A stretch of 64,000 bases of DNA from Acidobacteriota bacterium (lineage in GTDB: Bacteria; Acidobacteriota; UBA6911), in the NCBI GenBank assembly GCA_963664705.1, contig OY761556.1, forward strand, positions 3,424,001-3,488,000, in the 5' to 3' direction. Below the pieces are notes generated by a model. The model was not told the origin of the DNA. It was given only the letters and a program-made list of their open reading frames with translations, and ran no database searches. Below, in pieces: positions 40,330 through 49,972 of the stretch. Within the stretch, counting starts at the first letter, position 1, and each line of letters begins with the position of its first letter. The translations under genes were made by a program, and so were the position numbers.

Positions 40330-41895
40330 GTGGTCCACATTCACAGAGCTTTGGTCAGCGTTTCAGACAAATCGGGACTTGCCGAGTTGTCAAAAGTGCT
40401 TTACGAAATGGGCGTCGAGATCATTTCGACCGGAGGTACGGCTAACTTTTTGCGCGATCAGAAGATCCCCGTAGTGGACATTTCGGAGCATACAGGCTTC
40501 CCCGAGATTCTGGATGGACGGGTCAAAACACTGCACCCGCGAGTTCATGGTGGATTGCTCGCCATCAGAGGGAAAGCTTCGCATCAGGCCCAGATGAAGG
40601 AACAAAATATCCAACCTATCGATATGGTAATCGTAAACCTCTATCCGTTCCGGGAGACGGCAGCCCGAGAAGGGGTGCATTACGAGGAGGTTGTCGAACA
40701 GATCGATATCGGGGGCCCCAGCATGATCCGGTCCGCCGCGAAGAACCACGCGGGTGTCGCGGTGGTCACCGACCCGCGGGACTATGGATGGATCATGGAA
40801 GAGCTTCGCAAGAACAACGGAGCCCTGAGCGATACGACCCGGTTCATCCTCGCGCAGAAGGCATTTGCCTCAACAGCATCCTACGACAGTGCCATTGCTG
40901 CATGGTTTGCCGAAAGGGTCTGGTCCCCCGAAGGCGCCCAAAAAGAAACCGGCGGGCTGCCGGCATCGGAGGTGGTCGCCCTGGAAAAAATCACCGACCT
41001 CCGCTACGGAGAGAACCCCCATCAGCGAGCGGCACTCTATCGCCGGAGCAATGATCCGATGTTCGGCGTAGCGGGAGCAGAGGTCCTTCATGGAAAAGAG
41101 CTTAGCTATAACAACCTCCTCGACTCTGACGCCGCCTGGAATCTGGTAGTCGAGTTTGATAAAGCCGCGGCTTCTGTCATAAAGCACACGAACCCGTGCG
41201 GGATGGCTCAGGCGGACAGGCTCGTTGACGCTTACACGCTTGCCCGAGACAGCGATCCCGTGTCGGCTTACGGCTCGGTTGTCGCGTTCAACCGGGCGAT
41301 TGATCGGGATACGGCGGAGGAGCTGAACAAAACCTTCGTGGAAGTCGTGCTCGCACCCGATTTTGCAGAGGACGCGCTTGCCCTATTGAAGCAGAAAAAG
41401 AATCTCCGCCTCCTCAAAGTAAACAGAAAGACCCCCATAACCCTGCAACACCGTCAAATCGGCGGGGGCTTCCTCGTTCAGGATGCCGATATGTATTCGC
41501 TGAGGCCGGAGGAAATGAAGGTGGTAACCAAACGCGCACCGACCAAAGAGGAAATGGAAGCGCTCCTCTTCGGATGGCGCGTAGTGAAGCATGTAAAATC
41601 GAACGCTATTGTCTTCACGGATGCTATGAGAATGCTTGGAATTGGGGCCGGCCAGACCAGCCGCGTGGATGCCGTTAAATGGGGAGCCATGAAAGCAACT
41701 CTTCCACTGGAAGGGAGTTCCATGGCATCGGACGCATTTTTTCCATTCGCGGATGGCCTGGTAACCGCTGTAGGCTATGGTATCCGTTCGGTCATTCAAC
41801 CTGGAGGATCTGTCCGTGATGCTGAAGTCATTGAGGCAGCGGATGCTCATGGGGTTGCCATGATCTTCACCGGTATTCGCCACTTCAAACACTAG
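40330..41895 (+). CDS. purH: bifunctional AICAR transformylase/IMP cyclohydrolase
   Basis: RALVSVSDK, GRVKTLHP, IDIGGPSM, LRYGENPHQ, SDAFFPF and RHFKH; GTG start with a GGAGG RBS. Confidence 0.98.
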   Translation: MVHIHRALVSVSDKSGLAELSKVLYEMGVEIISTGGTANFLRDQKIPVVDISEHTGFPEILDGRVKTLHPRVHGGLLAIRGKASHQAQMKEQNIQPIDMVIVNLYPFRETAAREGVHYEEVVEQIDIGGPSMIRSAAKNHAGVAVVTDPRDYGWIMEELRKNNGALSDTTRFILAQKAFASTASYDSAIAAWFAERVWSPEGAQKETGGLPASEVVALEKITDLRYGENPHQRAALYRRSNDPMFGVAGAEVLHGKELSYNNLLDSDAAWNLVVEFDKAAASVIKHTNPCGMAQADRLVDAYTLARDSDPVSAYGSVVAFNRAIDRDTAEELNKTFVEVVLAPDFAEDALALLKQKKNLRLLKVNRKTPITLQHRQIGGGFLVQDADMYSLRPEEMKVVTKRAPTKEEMEALLFGWRVVKHVKSNAIVFTDAMRMLGIGAGQTSRVDAVKWGAMKATLPLEGSSMASDAFFPFADGLVTAVGYGIRSVIQPGGSVRDAEVIEAADAHGVAMIFTGIRHFKH

Positions 41896-41902
41896 GAAAT
41901 GG

Positions 41903-41941
41903 CGCGGACAGGTGCGCACCGATAATCCGCACCTGTCCGCG
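41903..41941. terminator. 14-bp perfect inverted repeat after purH
   Basis: CGCGGACAGGTGCG, an 11-nt loop, then CGCACCTGTCCGCG; no U-tract. Confidence 0.6.
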
Positions 41942-41970
41942 TATAGCAGTGACGGGTTGTAAAGCTTTGT

Positions 41971-42756
41971 ATGTCGAATCGTTTCGAATCTTTTCCGAAC
42001 CGCCAGGGATCCCAGCCAGAAAATTCCGGTTTCGAACGGAGAAAGAATGGCGTTCCCAACGGGAATAGCCACCCGGATTTTGCTGCCATGACGCTGCAGC
42101 AGACCAGAACCGAGTTGCTCCATGCCGCGGGAAAGTCCTGGGATGCTCTGCTTGAAACGCTGCGGGCCCTGGCCTGTGCCAGCGACAGCATGGATCTTCA
42201 CACCCAAGGACATTCTGAGCGCGTGACCCGCTTTTCCGTTGAAATCGGAAAGATTCTGGGTCTTCCGGAAGATGAAATCGAACAAATCCGCGTAGGGGCG
42301 CTGGTTCATGACATTGGAAAAATTGCCATCGACCGCCGGATTCTGGCCAAACCGACTCTTCTCACTGATGCGGAATATGCGGTAATGAAAACACACACGC
42401 TCCGTGGATGCGAGTTGCTGGAAGGCATTCCGCAACTGGAGTCCGCACTGGAAGCGGTGCGGCACCATCATGAACGGCTGGATGGGAAGGGATATCCCTG
42501 CGGGTTGAAGGGGCAAACCATCCCGCGGGTTGTCCGGGTGATTGCCGTTGCAGATTGCTTTGATGCAATGACAACAACACGGATTTATCAGGATCCCGCA
42601 CCAGTGGATCAGGTTCTTGGAATGATACGAGCCTCCGCCGGCATCAAGTATGATGCGCGCGTGGTTGAAGCGCTCGCACAAGGTGTGCAATCCGGCCGCA
42701 TTGTTGCCCGTTCAGAGGATAGTTCGCAGAATAAACCCGAATCTTTACATCCATGA
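41971..42756 (+). CDS. stand-alone HD-GYP phosphodiesterase
   Basis: GHSERV, HDIGK, HHERLDGKGYP and AVADCFDAM. Confidence 0.92.
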   Translation: MSNRFESFPNRQGSQPENSGFERRKNGVPNGNSHPDFAAMTLQQTRTELLHAAGKSWDALLETLRALACASDSMDLHTQGHSERVTRFSVEIGKILGLPEDEIEQIRVGALVHDIGKIAIDRRILAKPTLLTDAEYAVMKTHTLRGCELLEGIPQLESALEAVRHHHERLDGKGYPCGLKGQTIPRVVRVIAVADCFDAMTTTRIYQDPAPVDQVLGMIRASAGIKYDARVVEALAQGVQSGRIVARSEDSSQNKPESLHP

Positions 42757-42814
42757 TTTGGCAGAGCATGTGACCCAGGACGTTGCATGTTTCGCTGTTT
42801 TCACATAATTCAGT

Positions 42815-43957
42815 ATGGCTATCACCATGCATCCAGGCTCCACCGCACCCGTTGAAAAGAAACGATCGCTGAGATCGCAGCTCAAAGCGTTTTATGAGAA
42901 ACATGAAAAGCACACCGGTCTAGTCATATTCGGCGTGGGTTTCATCTGGGATTCCTTTACGATGACGCGGGTCGACAGCGTCATCGACAACATCATCCTG
43001 CTTTTTTACCTTACCATCATAGCGGCCATGATTATCCTCACCCTGCGCCGGCAGTGTGGGCAGGAACCGGCCCGATGGATCCGAAAAATTGAACCTCGAC
43101 TCCTGTGGGCGATGCAGTTCTGTTTTGGCGGCCTTTTTTCCAGCTATGTCATTTTTTATTTTAAAAGCGCTTCCTTCTCGCGAACTCAGTTTTTCTTTCT
43201 CCTGCTTGTTCTCCTTTGGGTAGGAAATGAGTTTCTGGAAGAGCGGCTGAAAAATCAGGTTCTTCTTGCCGTTCTTTACTGCTTCTGCCTGTTCTCATTC
43301 TTTGCATTCTTCCTGCCGGTCCTCCTGGCAAAAGTGAGCATGTGGATTTTCGTGCTGGCAGGTTTTCTGAGCCTGATCATCAGCCTGGGAGTTTTTGCCG
43401 TCGGGCTGCTTCCCGAGCCGCTGCAATGGCGCAGGAGAATGCTCCAGCTCGGGGCGTGGATCTTTGCCGTTTTCCTGGTGGTCAATATCCTCTACTTTGC
43501 CAATCTGATCCCGCCCGTTCCGCTTGCGCTCAAATCCGCGGGCATCTACCACCAGGTTACACGCACCAGCGAGGGCTTTGCGGTAAAATATGTCGAGCCC
43601 CCCATCTACCGATTCTGGAGAAAATGGGACAATCCTTTTTGCTATTCCAAAGGAGAACGCGTCTACTGCTATACGGCGATTTTTGCTCCGAATAAGATTC
43701 GGGGGGTTCCGATATATCACGTGTGGAGCAAAAAGACGCCCGATGGATGGTCCAAACCTGATCCGATCCGATTCGAAATCCGAGTGGGCGGACGTGAAGG
43801 CGGTTTCCGGGGATATACCTACAAGGCAGGAATCACTCCGGGAGAATGGCGGGTCGAAGTGGAAACAGAAAATGGACAGACTTTGGGCAGTATCGATTTC
43901 ATTGTGGTCCCGAGCCCGGAACCTCATCCTCCGCTCGTAACCGAAGTGCTGCAATGA
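42815..43957 (+). CDS. DUF2914-domain membrane protein
   Basis: Multiple TM helices, IPPVPL, GGREGGFRGYTYK and GEWRVEVET. Confidence 0.8.
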   Translation: MAITMHPGSTAPVEKKRSLRSQLKAFYEKHEKHTGLVIFGVGFIWDSFTMTRVDSVIDNIILLFYLTIIAAMIILTLRRQCGQEPARWIRKIEPRLLWAMQFCFGGLFSSYVIFYFKSASFSRTQFFFLLLVLLWVGNEFLEERLKNQVLLAVLYCFCLFSFFAFFLPVLLAKVSMWIFVLAGFLSLIISLGVFAVGLLPEPLQWRRRMLQLGAWIFAVFLVVNILYFANLIPPVPLALKSAGIYHQVTRTSEGFAVKYVEPPIYRFWRKWDNPFCYSKGERVYCYTAIFAPNKIRGVPIYHVWSKKTPDGWSKPDPIRFEIRVGGREGGFRGYTYKAGITPGEWRVEVETENGQTLGSIDFIVVPSPEPHPPLVTEVLQ

Positions 43958-44031
43958 AAAAGGCCGGTACCGATTGGGCGACTTCTGACTCCTGAAATTG
44001 CTTCATTTGTGGCAAAATCCATTCACCGGAT

Positions 44032-44745
44032 ATGAACTATTACAACTACTTTACCGAAATCGAAGAGCATTTTGTCCGAAGGCGCGGAAAGCATCTCCTG
44101 ATATCTCCAATGGATTGGGGACTGATCGCCACGTGGAAAGATGCTGGAATCCCTTTGCAGGTGGCACTCCGCGGCATCGATATCGCAATGGACGGGTTCA
44201 CATCCCGTCAGCGCGGCAGCTCAAAAGTGAGTACGCTGGCATATTGCCACGACAGTGTGATGACGGAATATGCCGGTCATCTGGAATCCCATGTGGGCGA
44301 AGCACTGGAAGACCGCGCTGAAACCGAAGACAGCAGCAAGGCGGATGAACCGGGAGTCAAAACTGCGATCGATTTCATCGCCGAAAGAATCAGTGAGATA
44401 AAAAGCCTCGAGACGAAACAATTACAGGAAAGCAGCGCGGAAGGAATTCATCGGGTTGGAACAAGGCTCGAAGAGGTATCCGAGAATCTCAAAAACAGCG
44501 GGCGGATGGATTCGGAGAGCCTTGAGCGGGACCTTGCGATTATCGACGATCTCCTGGTTAACGAACTCCGCGCTTCAATTTCCGCTGAGCAGATGCTCGA
44601 ATGGGAAACCGAAGCCAAAAGAGAGCTAAAGGTATATAAAAAAAATCTGCCGAAGGAAACGTTTGAGAAAATACGGGCCAACTTTTTTCGCAATAAAATT
44701 CACAACAGTTTTGGCATCGGCGAATTGAGCATCTTTCGTTTATAG
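44032..44745 (+). CDS. conserved hypothetical protein with a DnaD-like N-terminal segment
   Basis: Clean 237-aa ORF in an operon position; ISPMDWGLIATWKDAGIPLQVALRGID...STLAYC. Confidence 0.7.
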   Translation: MNYYNYFTEIEEHFVRRRGKHLLISPMDWGLIATWKDAGIPLQVALRGIDIAMDGFTSRQRGSSKVSTLAYCHDSVMTEYAGHLESHVGEALEDRAETEDSSKADEPGVKTAIDFIAERISEIKSLETKQLQESSAEGIHRVGTRLEEVSENLKNSGRMDSESLERDLAIIDDLLVNELRASISAEQMLEWETEAKRELKVYKKNLPKETFEKIRANFFRNKIHNSFGIGELSIFRL

Positions 44746-44786
44746 GAAATCGCACCGAAGTTGAAATCCGTCACACAGGTCTCCAC

Positions 44787-46043
44787 ATGAAGAAACAGGG
44801 CAAGAGCTCCGGCAGCTTCGAAATCACGATCGAAAAACTGGTTTACGGCGGGGCCGGATTTGCCAGGCACGAGGGGAAAGTGGTTTTTGTGCAGTTCTCC
44901 GTTCCCGGAGATCGCCTCCTGGTGCGCGCGGTGGAGGAAAAGAAGACTTTTATACGCGCAGAGATTGTCGAGATTTTAAAGCCCGGCAAGGGACGCATCG
45001 TTCCGATGTGCCCGCACTTTGAAAAATGCGGAGGCTGTCACTGGCAGCAACTGGAATACAGACGCCAGGCGGAAGCCAAACGTCTTATCCTCGAAGAGGC
45101 TTTTCATCATCGATTCCCTCAAACTCTTGATCTTCCAATCGACATGCTCGCCTGTCCACAGCCGTTCGGCTACCGATCCAGGGCCCGGATACAGCTGAGA
45201 GGAGCCGGGCAGAGAGCCTCCGTGGGCTTTTTCCGGCCAGGATCGCACAACGTGGAAGACGTAGAAAACTGTCCTCTATTCCGGGATTCCCTCAACGAGG
45301 CATTGAGCGCTGTCAGGCAATTCAAGCTCAAAGTCGATACCGAGACTCGGCCGCAGGAAATGGATCTCGCCTGCTCGGAGGAAGAGAATACCTGGGCTAC
45401 CGCCTACAGCGATATGCCCTCTGCTCAGGAGGGAATCACGCCTCTTTTCGGAACAAGAGGCGGAAACGATGTCATTCTGAGGAGAAAGGTCGGCGAATAC
45501 GTTTACGCCATCACGGCATCCGCCTTTTTTCAGGCCAATGACTTTATGATTTCCGAACTTGTTTCACGTGTCTGCGATGCGGCTGCAACTGCGGGCTCGG
45601 GAGCAGTTCTCGACCTTTTTTCCGGAGCGGGTCTCTTCTCGCTGCCTTTGGCAAGACATTTCTCCGCAGTGACTGCAGTCGAAAACTCTCCCGGATCCAC
45701 CAGGCTCTGTCTGCGAAATGTATCCGGCGCAAAGCTTCAAAATATTCAGGTAGTATGCGCCGATGTCTCGGAATGGCTCCAGTCCCAACTGGATTCGCAT
45801 CCCCATTCCTATGACCTCATCGTGCTGGATCCGCCTCGCGCCGGTGCCGGACCGGAGGTCATGCGCCAGATCGTAAAGCTGGCACCACCCAAGATAGTTT
45901 ATGTCTCCTGCGACCCGCAGACCCTCGTCCGAGATCTGGCAGCCATCTCTCCTGCCGAGTATGCAATCACGCAAGTGGAGGGGTTAGACCTCTTCCCCCA
46001 AACCTATCACTTTGAAACGATCGTGCAGTTGGTCAGGAACTGA
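44787..46043 (+). CDS. rlmD: 23S rRNA m5U methyltransferase (RlmD/TrmA family, TRAM domain)
   Basis: TRAM domain, CPHFEKCGGC, AFFQAN, DLFSGAG, LDPPRAG, YVSCDP and FPQTYHFE. Confidence 0.88.
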   Translation: MKKQGKSSGSFEITIEKLVYGGAGFARHEGKVVFVQFSVPGDRLLVRAVEEKKTFIRAEIVEILKPGKGRIVPMCPHFEKCGGCHWQQLEYRRQAEAKRLILEEAFHHRFPQTLDLPIDMLACPQPFGYRSRARIQLRGAGQRASVGFFRPGSHNVEDVENCPLFRDSLNEALSAVRQFKLKVDTETRPQEMDLACSEEENTWATAYSDMPSAQEGITPLFGTRGGNDVILRRKVGEYVYAITASAFFQANDFMISELVSRVCDAAATAGSGAVLDLFSGAGLFSLPLARHFSAVTAVENSPGSTRLCLRNVSGAKLQNIQVVCADVSEWLQSQLDSHPHSYDLIVLDPPRAGAGPEVMRQIVKLAPPKIVYVSCDPQTLVRDLAAISPAEYAITQVEGLDLFPQTYHFETIVQLVRN

Positions 46044-46093
46044 CGATTCCTTGATCCCGGTTTACAAATCCGGCAGCGGGTTGGTGCGTTCTT

Positions 46094-48817
46094 ATGGGTA
46101 CGTTGACCGACAAAGCGCGCGATCGTCATGCATCCTTCCTGAATCGTCACTCCGACCGGCCGCTCACCATGATCGCGTGCTCATTCGCCCTGGGCATCGC
46201 ATTGTCGCTTCTTAGTCGGAATTATTGCTTTCCCGGGATCGTAGCTTCAGATGTGTGTCTGATCGGAGCGGCGGCTCTGTCTCTCCGCAGGAATCGACTT
46301 CCTCTATGTTTCGGCCTCGGCCTTGCGGCTATCTCAGTGGGCGGATTTCTTCTGGCCATTGTCTGTCGTGATGCATTCCCCGAGACGGACATACGCAGCC
46401 GGTTGTCCAAACATATGTTGCAACTGGAAGAACCGGTTTCTTCAGACGGATGTGTTGTCAAGGAAAGCGAGATACGCGGCGAAGAGAATGTCATCACCAT
46501 CGATTTGCACGCTTTCCTTCACAAAGATCGATGGGTTGTCTGTTCAGGTAAGGCAATCGTGCGGATTGCAGAGACGGACAAACCAAAGGAACAGCGGATC
46601 AAGCTGATGCGTGGAGATCGGGTGCGCGGCTGGGCAACCTGGAATATGCCGCGCAATTTTAATAATCCAGGATCTGCGGACAGTGCCGGAGTCTTGGCGC
46701 GTCGCGGAGTCTTTCTGGTTGGAAAGATCAAATCCACTCGGCTGTTTGAAAGCATTCCGGGGGGCTGCATCGATCCATGGACGCAGATTGCCAATAGCAT
46801 CGGAACGCGCGTACACAAAAGCCTGGAGCCGCTGGTCTCAATCGAAAAGGGGCAGCGGGCAGCAATCCTCGCAAGCCTGATTATCGGTGATTATTCAAAC
46901 CTTTCGAACAATACCCGGGAGGTATTTCAGAACTCCGGAACTTTTCATGTACTGGTGATTTCAGGGCTTCATGTCGCATGGCTGGCAGGCGTACTTCTTC
47001 AAGCTCTGAAATGGGGACGTATCCCTGAGCGAATCTGCTATCTACTCGTGTTTTTCGTTATCCTGCTATACACCTGCGTGGTCGGCTTTCAGGCAAGCAT
47101 CAGCCGATGCCTCTGGATGTTTTTGCTGTATCTGATCGGCAGGGCGATATTCCGGGAAACCGATGCGACCAACATACTGCTGAGTTCGGCAATAATCCTG
47201 TTGACGATGCAGCCGACATGGCTCTTTGAGACCGGATTCCAGCTTTCATTCCTGTCTGTCCTGGCGATCGCAATGACCGCCGTTTCGGCAATCAGCAATT
47301 ATGTTCACCCGGTCTTTCATCCCCTGCTTTCCGTCTGCGACCCTGATCGCATGTTTCTTCAGCCGGGCCGATGGCACAGAATCGGACGATACCTGAAGAT
47401 ACAATGCGAAATACTCATAGAGGCGGCGGCAGATTCCCTGCCCGCAATCTTTTCCCTGATGCTTCGCATGGCAATCCGCGCCCTGGCAAGGACCTGGCTC
47501 GCAATTACGAGCGTCCTTATTACGTCACTGGCGGTACAGATGTGGCTTCAGCCCTTGCTAGCCTTCTATTTTAATCGTATGAGCTGGATCTCGCCGCTTG
47601 CCAATATTGTGATCGTCCCCCTGTCCTCCTTTGTGCTGGGAGCCGGTGTTGCAGCCTCGTGCACCATGTCATTACCTTGGATTGGACCATTATGGCTGCG
47701 CCTGGCTGGCTTTCTCGCAGCACTGCTGCTCAACACCACCTCGTGGATCGCAAACATTCCGGGAGCCTGGCAACGCTGTCCGACGCCATCGGCGCATTGG
47801 GTTCTCGGAGGGATTTTGCTTTTGTTGAGCTGGTCCTTCTTTGAATGGAGAAGATTCTGGATTGCATGCGTCGGGATTGCGACATTTCTCACATTTCTTG
47901 CATTAGGATCAATCCCGGAAAGCGATCGCCTGCCCAAGGCATCCGCCCTTGGCTCCGGTACCAGAGTGGCACCATGGGGGAAGTCCGCCCGCGTCCTAAG
48001 CCTCACTTTCCTGGATGTTGGCGAAGGAGACTCCATTGTGATCCGGTTTCCAGACAGGAGAGCCTGGTTGCTGGATGCCGGAGGCATACGACATCCGCCA
48101 TCCCAGGAAGAGGATGCTTACGTATTCGACATCGGGGAAGCGGTTGTAAGCCGGTATCTCTGGCAGTATTGGATCCATCCAATCGACAGGGTGCTGATTT
48201 CGCACCCGGACATGGACCATGCCGGGGGTATCGCAGCAGTTATGCGTAATTTCCATGTCGGCAGCTTCGGCTATTCGCGCGCGGGTCCGGACAAAATGCT
48301 TTCGGAATTGCAGACTCTTGCGGTCCAGCGGCAGGTGCCGATGAAACAGCTTCATGCCGCAATTGACGATCAGGTCGGCGGAGTTGACATTCGGGTCCTG
48401 AACCCGCCTGCGGCTACCCTATTCCGCACGACAAACGAAAACTCTCTGGTGCTGAAGCTATCGCTTTGCCATTTTTCGATCCTTCTGACCGGGGATCTCG
48501 AGAAGGCCGGAGAGGCGGCAGTCCTTGCACAGCCGGACTCGTTGAATTGCCAGTTTCTAAAGGTCGCTCATCATGGGAGCCGCGCCGGAACCTCCGATCT
48601 CTTCCTGGACCGTACGAAGCCGCGTTGGGCGATTCTCTCGGTAGGGCGAAACAACCCTTTTGGCCATCCTGCCAAAGAGACCTTAAACCGTCTGCTTCAA
48701 CGGGGAATAAGGCCGATTTCAACTATTGACGAGGGAGCCATTACCATCGAAACAGATGGAATCCGGTATCTTCTTCGAAGCTATATAAACGGAGTTTTGG
48801 AGAGCGGCGAATTGTAG
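46094..48817 (+). CDS. comEC: ComEC/Rec2 DNA-uptake protein
   Basis: GTFHVLVISGLHV, GFQLSF, FLDVGEGD, SHPDMDHAGG, KVAHHGS and NPFGHP. Confidence 0.92.
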   Translation: MGTLTDKARDRHASFLNRHSDRPLTMIACSFALGIALSLLSRNYCFPGIVASDVCLIGAAALSLRRNRLPLCFGLGLAAISVGGFLLAIVCRDAFPETDIRSRLSKHMLQLEEPVSSDGCVVKESEIRGEENVITIDLHAFLHKDRWVVCSGKAIVRIAETDKPKEQRIKLMRGDRVRGWATWNMPRNFNNPGSADSAGVLARRGVFLVGKIKSTRLFESIPGGCIDPWTQIANSIGTRVHKSLEPLVSIEKGQRAAILASLIIGDYSNLSNNTREVFQNSGTFHVLVISGLHVAWLAGVLLQALKWGRIPERICYLLVFFVILLYTCVVGFQASISRCLWMFLLYLIGRAIFRETDATNILLSSAIILLTMQPTWLFETGFQLSFLSVLAIAMTAVSAISNYVHPVFHPLLSVCDPDRMFLQPGRWHRIGRYLKIQCEILIEAAADSLPAIFSLMLRMAIRALARTWLAITSVLITSLAVQMWLQPLLAFYFNRMSWISPLANIVIVPLSSFVLGAGVAASCTMSLPWIGPLWLRLAGFLAALLLNTTSWIANIPGAWQRCPTPSAHWVLGGILLLLSWSFFEWRRFWIACVGIATFLTFLALGSIPESDRLPKASALGSGTRVAPWGKSARVLSLTFLDVGEGDSIVIRFPDRRAWLLDAGGIRHPPSQEEDAYVFDIGEAVVSRYLWQYWIHPIDRVLISHPDMDHAGGIAAVMRNFHVGSFGYSRAGPDKMLSELQTLAVQRQVPMKQLHAAIDDQVGGVDIRVLNPPAATLFRTTNENSLVLKLSLCHFSILLTGDLEKAGEAAVLAQPDSLNCQFLKVAHHGSRAGTSDLFLDRTKPRWAILSVGRNNPFGHPAKETLNRLLQRGIRPISTIDEGAITIETDGIRYLLRSYINGVLESGEL

Positions 48818-48845
48818 AAGGAAAGAAAGCCTGCTATGGAGATTC

Positions 48846-48884
48846 GGGCAATTCGCATCGAGCACCGCGGGCTGCGAATTGCCC
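48846..48884. terminator. 12-bp inverted repeat between convergent comEC and DHOD-like genes
   Basis: GGGCAATTCGCA, a 15-nt loop, then TGCGAATTGCCC. Confidence 0.6.
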
Positions 48885-48903
48885 TGAACCTTCCTGGATC
48901 CCC

Positions 48904-49899
48904 TTAGGCAGGACGATAGGACATAATGGCACGCATATATTGCGCCCGTTCAAATGCGGCCGGGTCTGAACAGTATTTCTGGCTCATGCTTCCCTGCAAC
49001 TGCCGCAGCGATTGATAGTCATGCTCCGAAAGCCAGTTTGCCATTTCCGCTTCAATTTCGCGAATGATGCCAAGACCGCGGCTGAACAAAACCGAGCATA
49101 ACATTGTGACATCAGCGCCGACCATCAGCATTTTGAGCACATCCTGAGCCGAGTGAATTCCCGAAGTAGCAGCCAAGTCCGCCTTGATGCGTCCATACAG
49201 GATGGCAATCCACCGCAACGGCAAACGCATATCCTGCGAAGAGCTCAGGTGGATATTCGGCTGAATCTCCAGCTCATCCAGGTTGATGTCCGGTTGATAG
49301 AAGCGGTTGAACAATACAAGGCCGTTGACGCCGGTTTCGTCAAGGCGCTTGGCAAAGTTGGCCATGTTGCTGAAAAACGGGCTGAGTTTTACGGCAATGG
49401 GAATGTTTACTGCCGACTTGACCGATTTGACAATTTCGACGTAGGACTGTTCCACCTCCGCAGCAGTCTTATCCATCTCGGTTGGAATCCAATAGACGTT
49501 CAGCTCGAGCGCATCCGCTCCGGCCTGCTGAATCCGTTTCGCATAGTCGACCCAACCTCCGATTGCGGCGCAATTAAGACTCGCAATAATCGGAATGCGC
49601 ACCGCCTCTTTGGCGCCTCTGACCTTCGCGAGGTATTCGTCCGGACCGGTCACGAATTCGGCCGGAGTCGGAAAGAATGATGAGGCTTCGGGAAAGCTGT
49701 CCGTTCCGAATGCCAGGTGCTGCTGCACCGCCTCTACTTCACCCTTCACCTGCTCCTCGAAAACCGAGTGCAGAACGATCGCCGAAGCGCCGCAATCCTC
49801 CATTCGCTTGATGCTGTCCAGGTCGTCCGAAAGGGGGGACGCGGATGGCACAAGGGGTGTCCGTAGATTCAGTCCGAGGTATCTGGTTGTCAAATCCAT
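48904..49899 (-). CDS. dihydroorotate dehydrogenase-like flavoprotein (PFOR-associated type)
   Basis: MDLTTRYLGL, SVFEEQ, ALELN, VKLSPFF, LFNRFYQPD and FERAQY. Confidence 0.9.
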   Translation of the reverse strand: MDLTTRYLGLNLRTPLVPSASPLSDDLDSIKRMEDCGASAIVLHSVFEEQVKGEVEAVQQHLAFGTDSFPEASSFFPTPAEFVTGPDEYLAKVRGAKEAVRIPIIASLNCAAIGGWVDYAKRIQQAGADALELNVYWIPTEMDKTAAEVEQSYVEIVKSVKSAVNIPIAVKLSPFFSNMANFAKRLDETGVNGLVLFNRFYQPDINLDELEIQPNIHLSSSQDMRLPLRWIAILYGRIKADLAATSGIHSAQDVLKMLMVGADVTMLCSVLFSRGLGIIREIEAEMANWLSEHDYQSLRQLQGSMSQKYCSDPAAFERAQYMRAIMSYRPA

Positions 49900-49972
49900 A
49901 TCAAATCTCCGATGCGATCAATAATTGCCGGGAAACAGGTTGCTCTCTGTCTCATAGCTCCGGCTGTAAATT

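Noticed and set aside
40060-40330. ZTP (pfl) riboswitch upstream of purH
   Set aside because: The conserved GACTGGCG...GCCTGGGC elements are absent, and the probable purH -10 box (TATACT at 40291) leaves only a short leader.
41383-42690. 435-aa minus-strand ORF
   Set aside because: Antisense shadow of purH and HD-GYP with no motifs. The same applies to 5087-6190, 55116-56435 and the other short overlapping ORFs.
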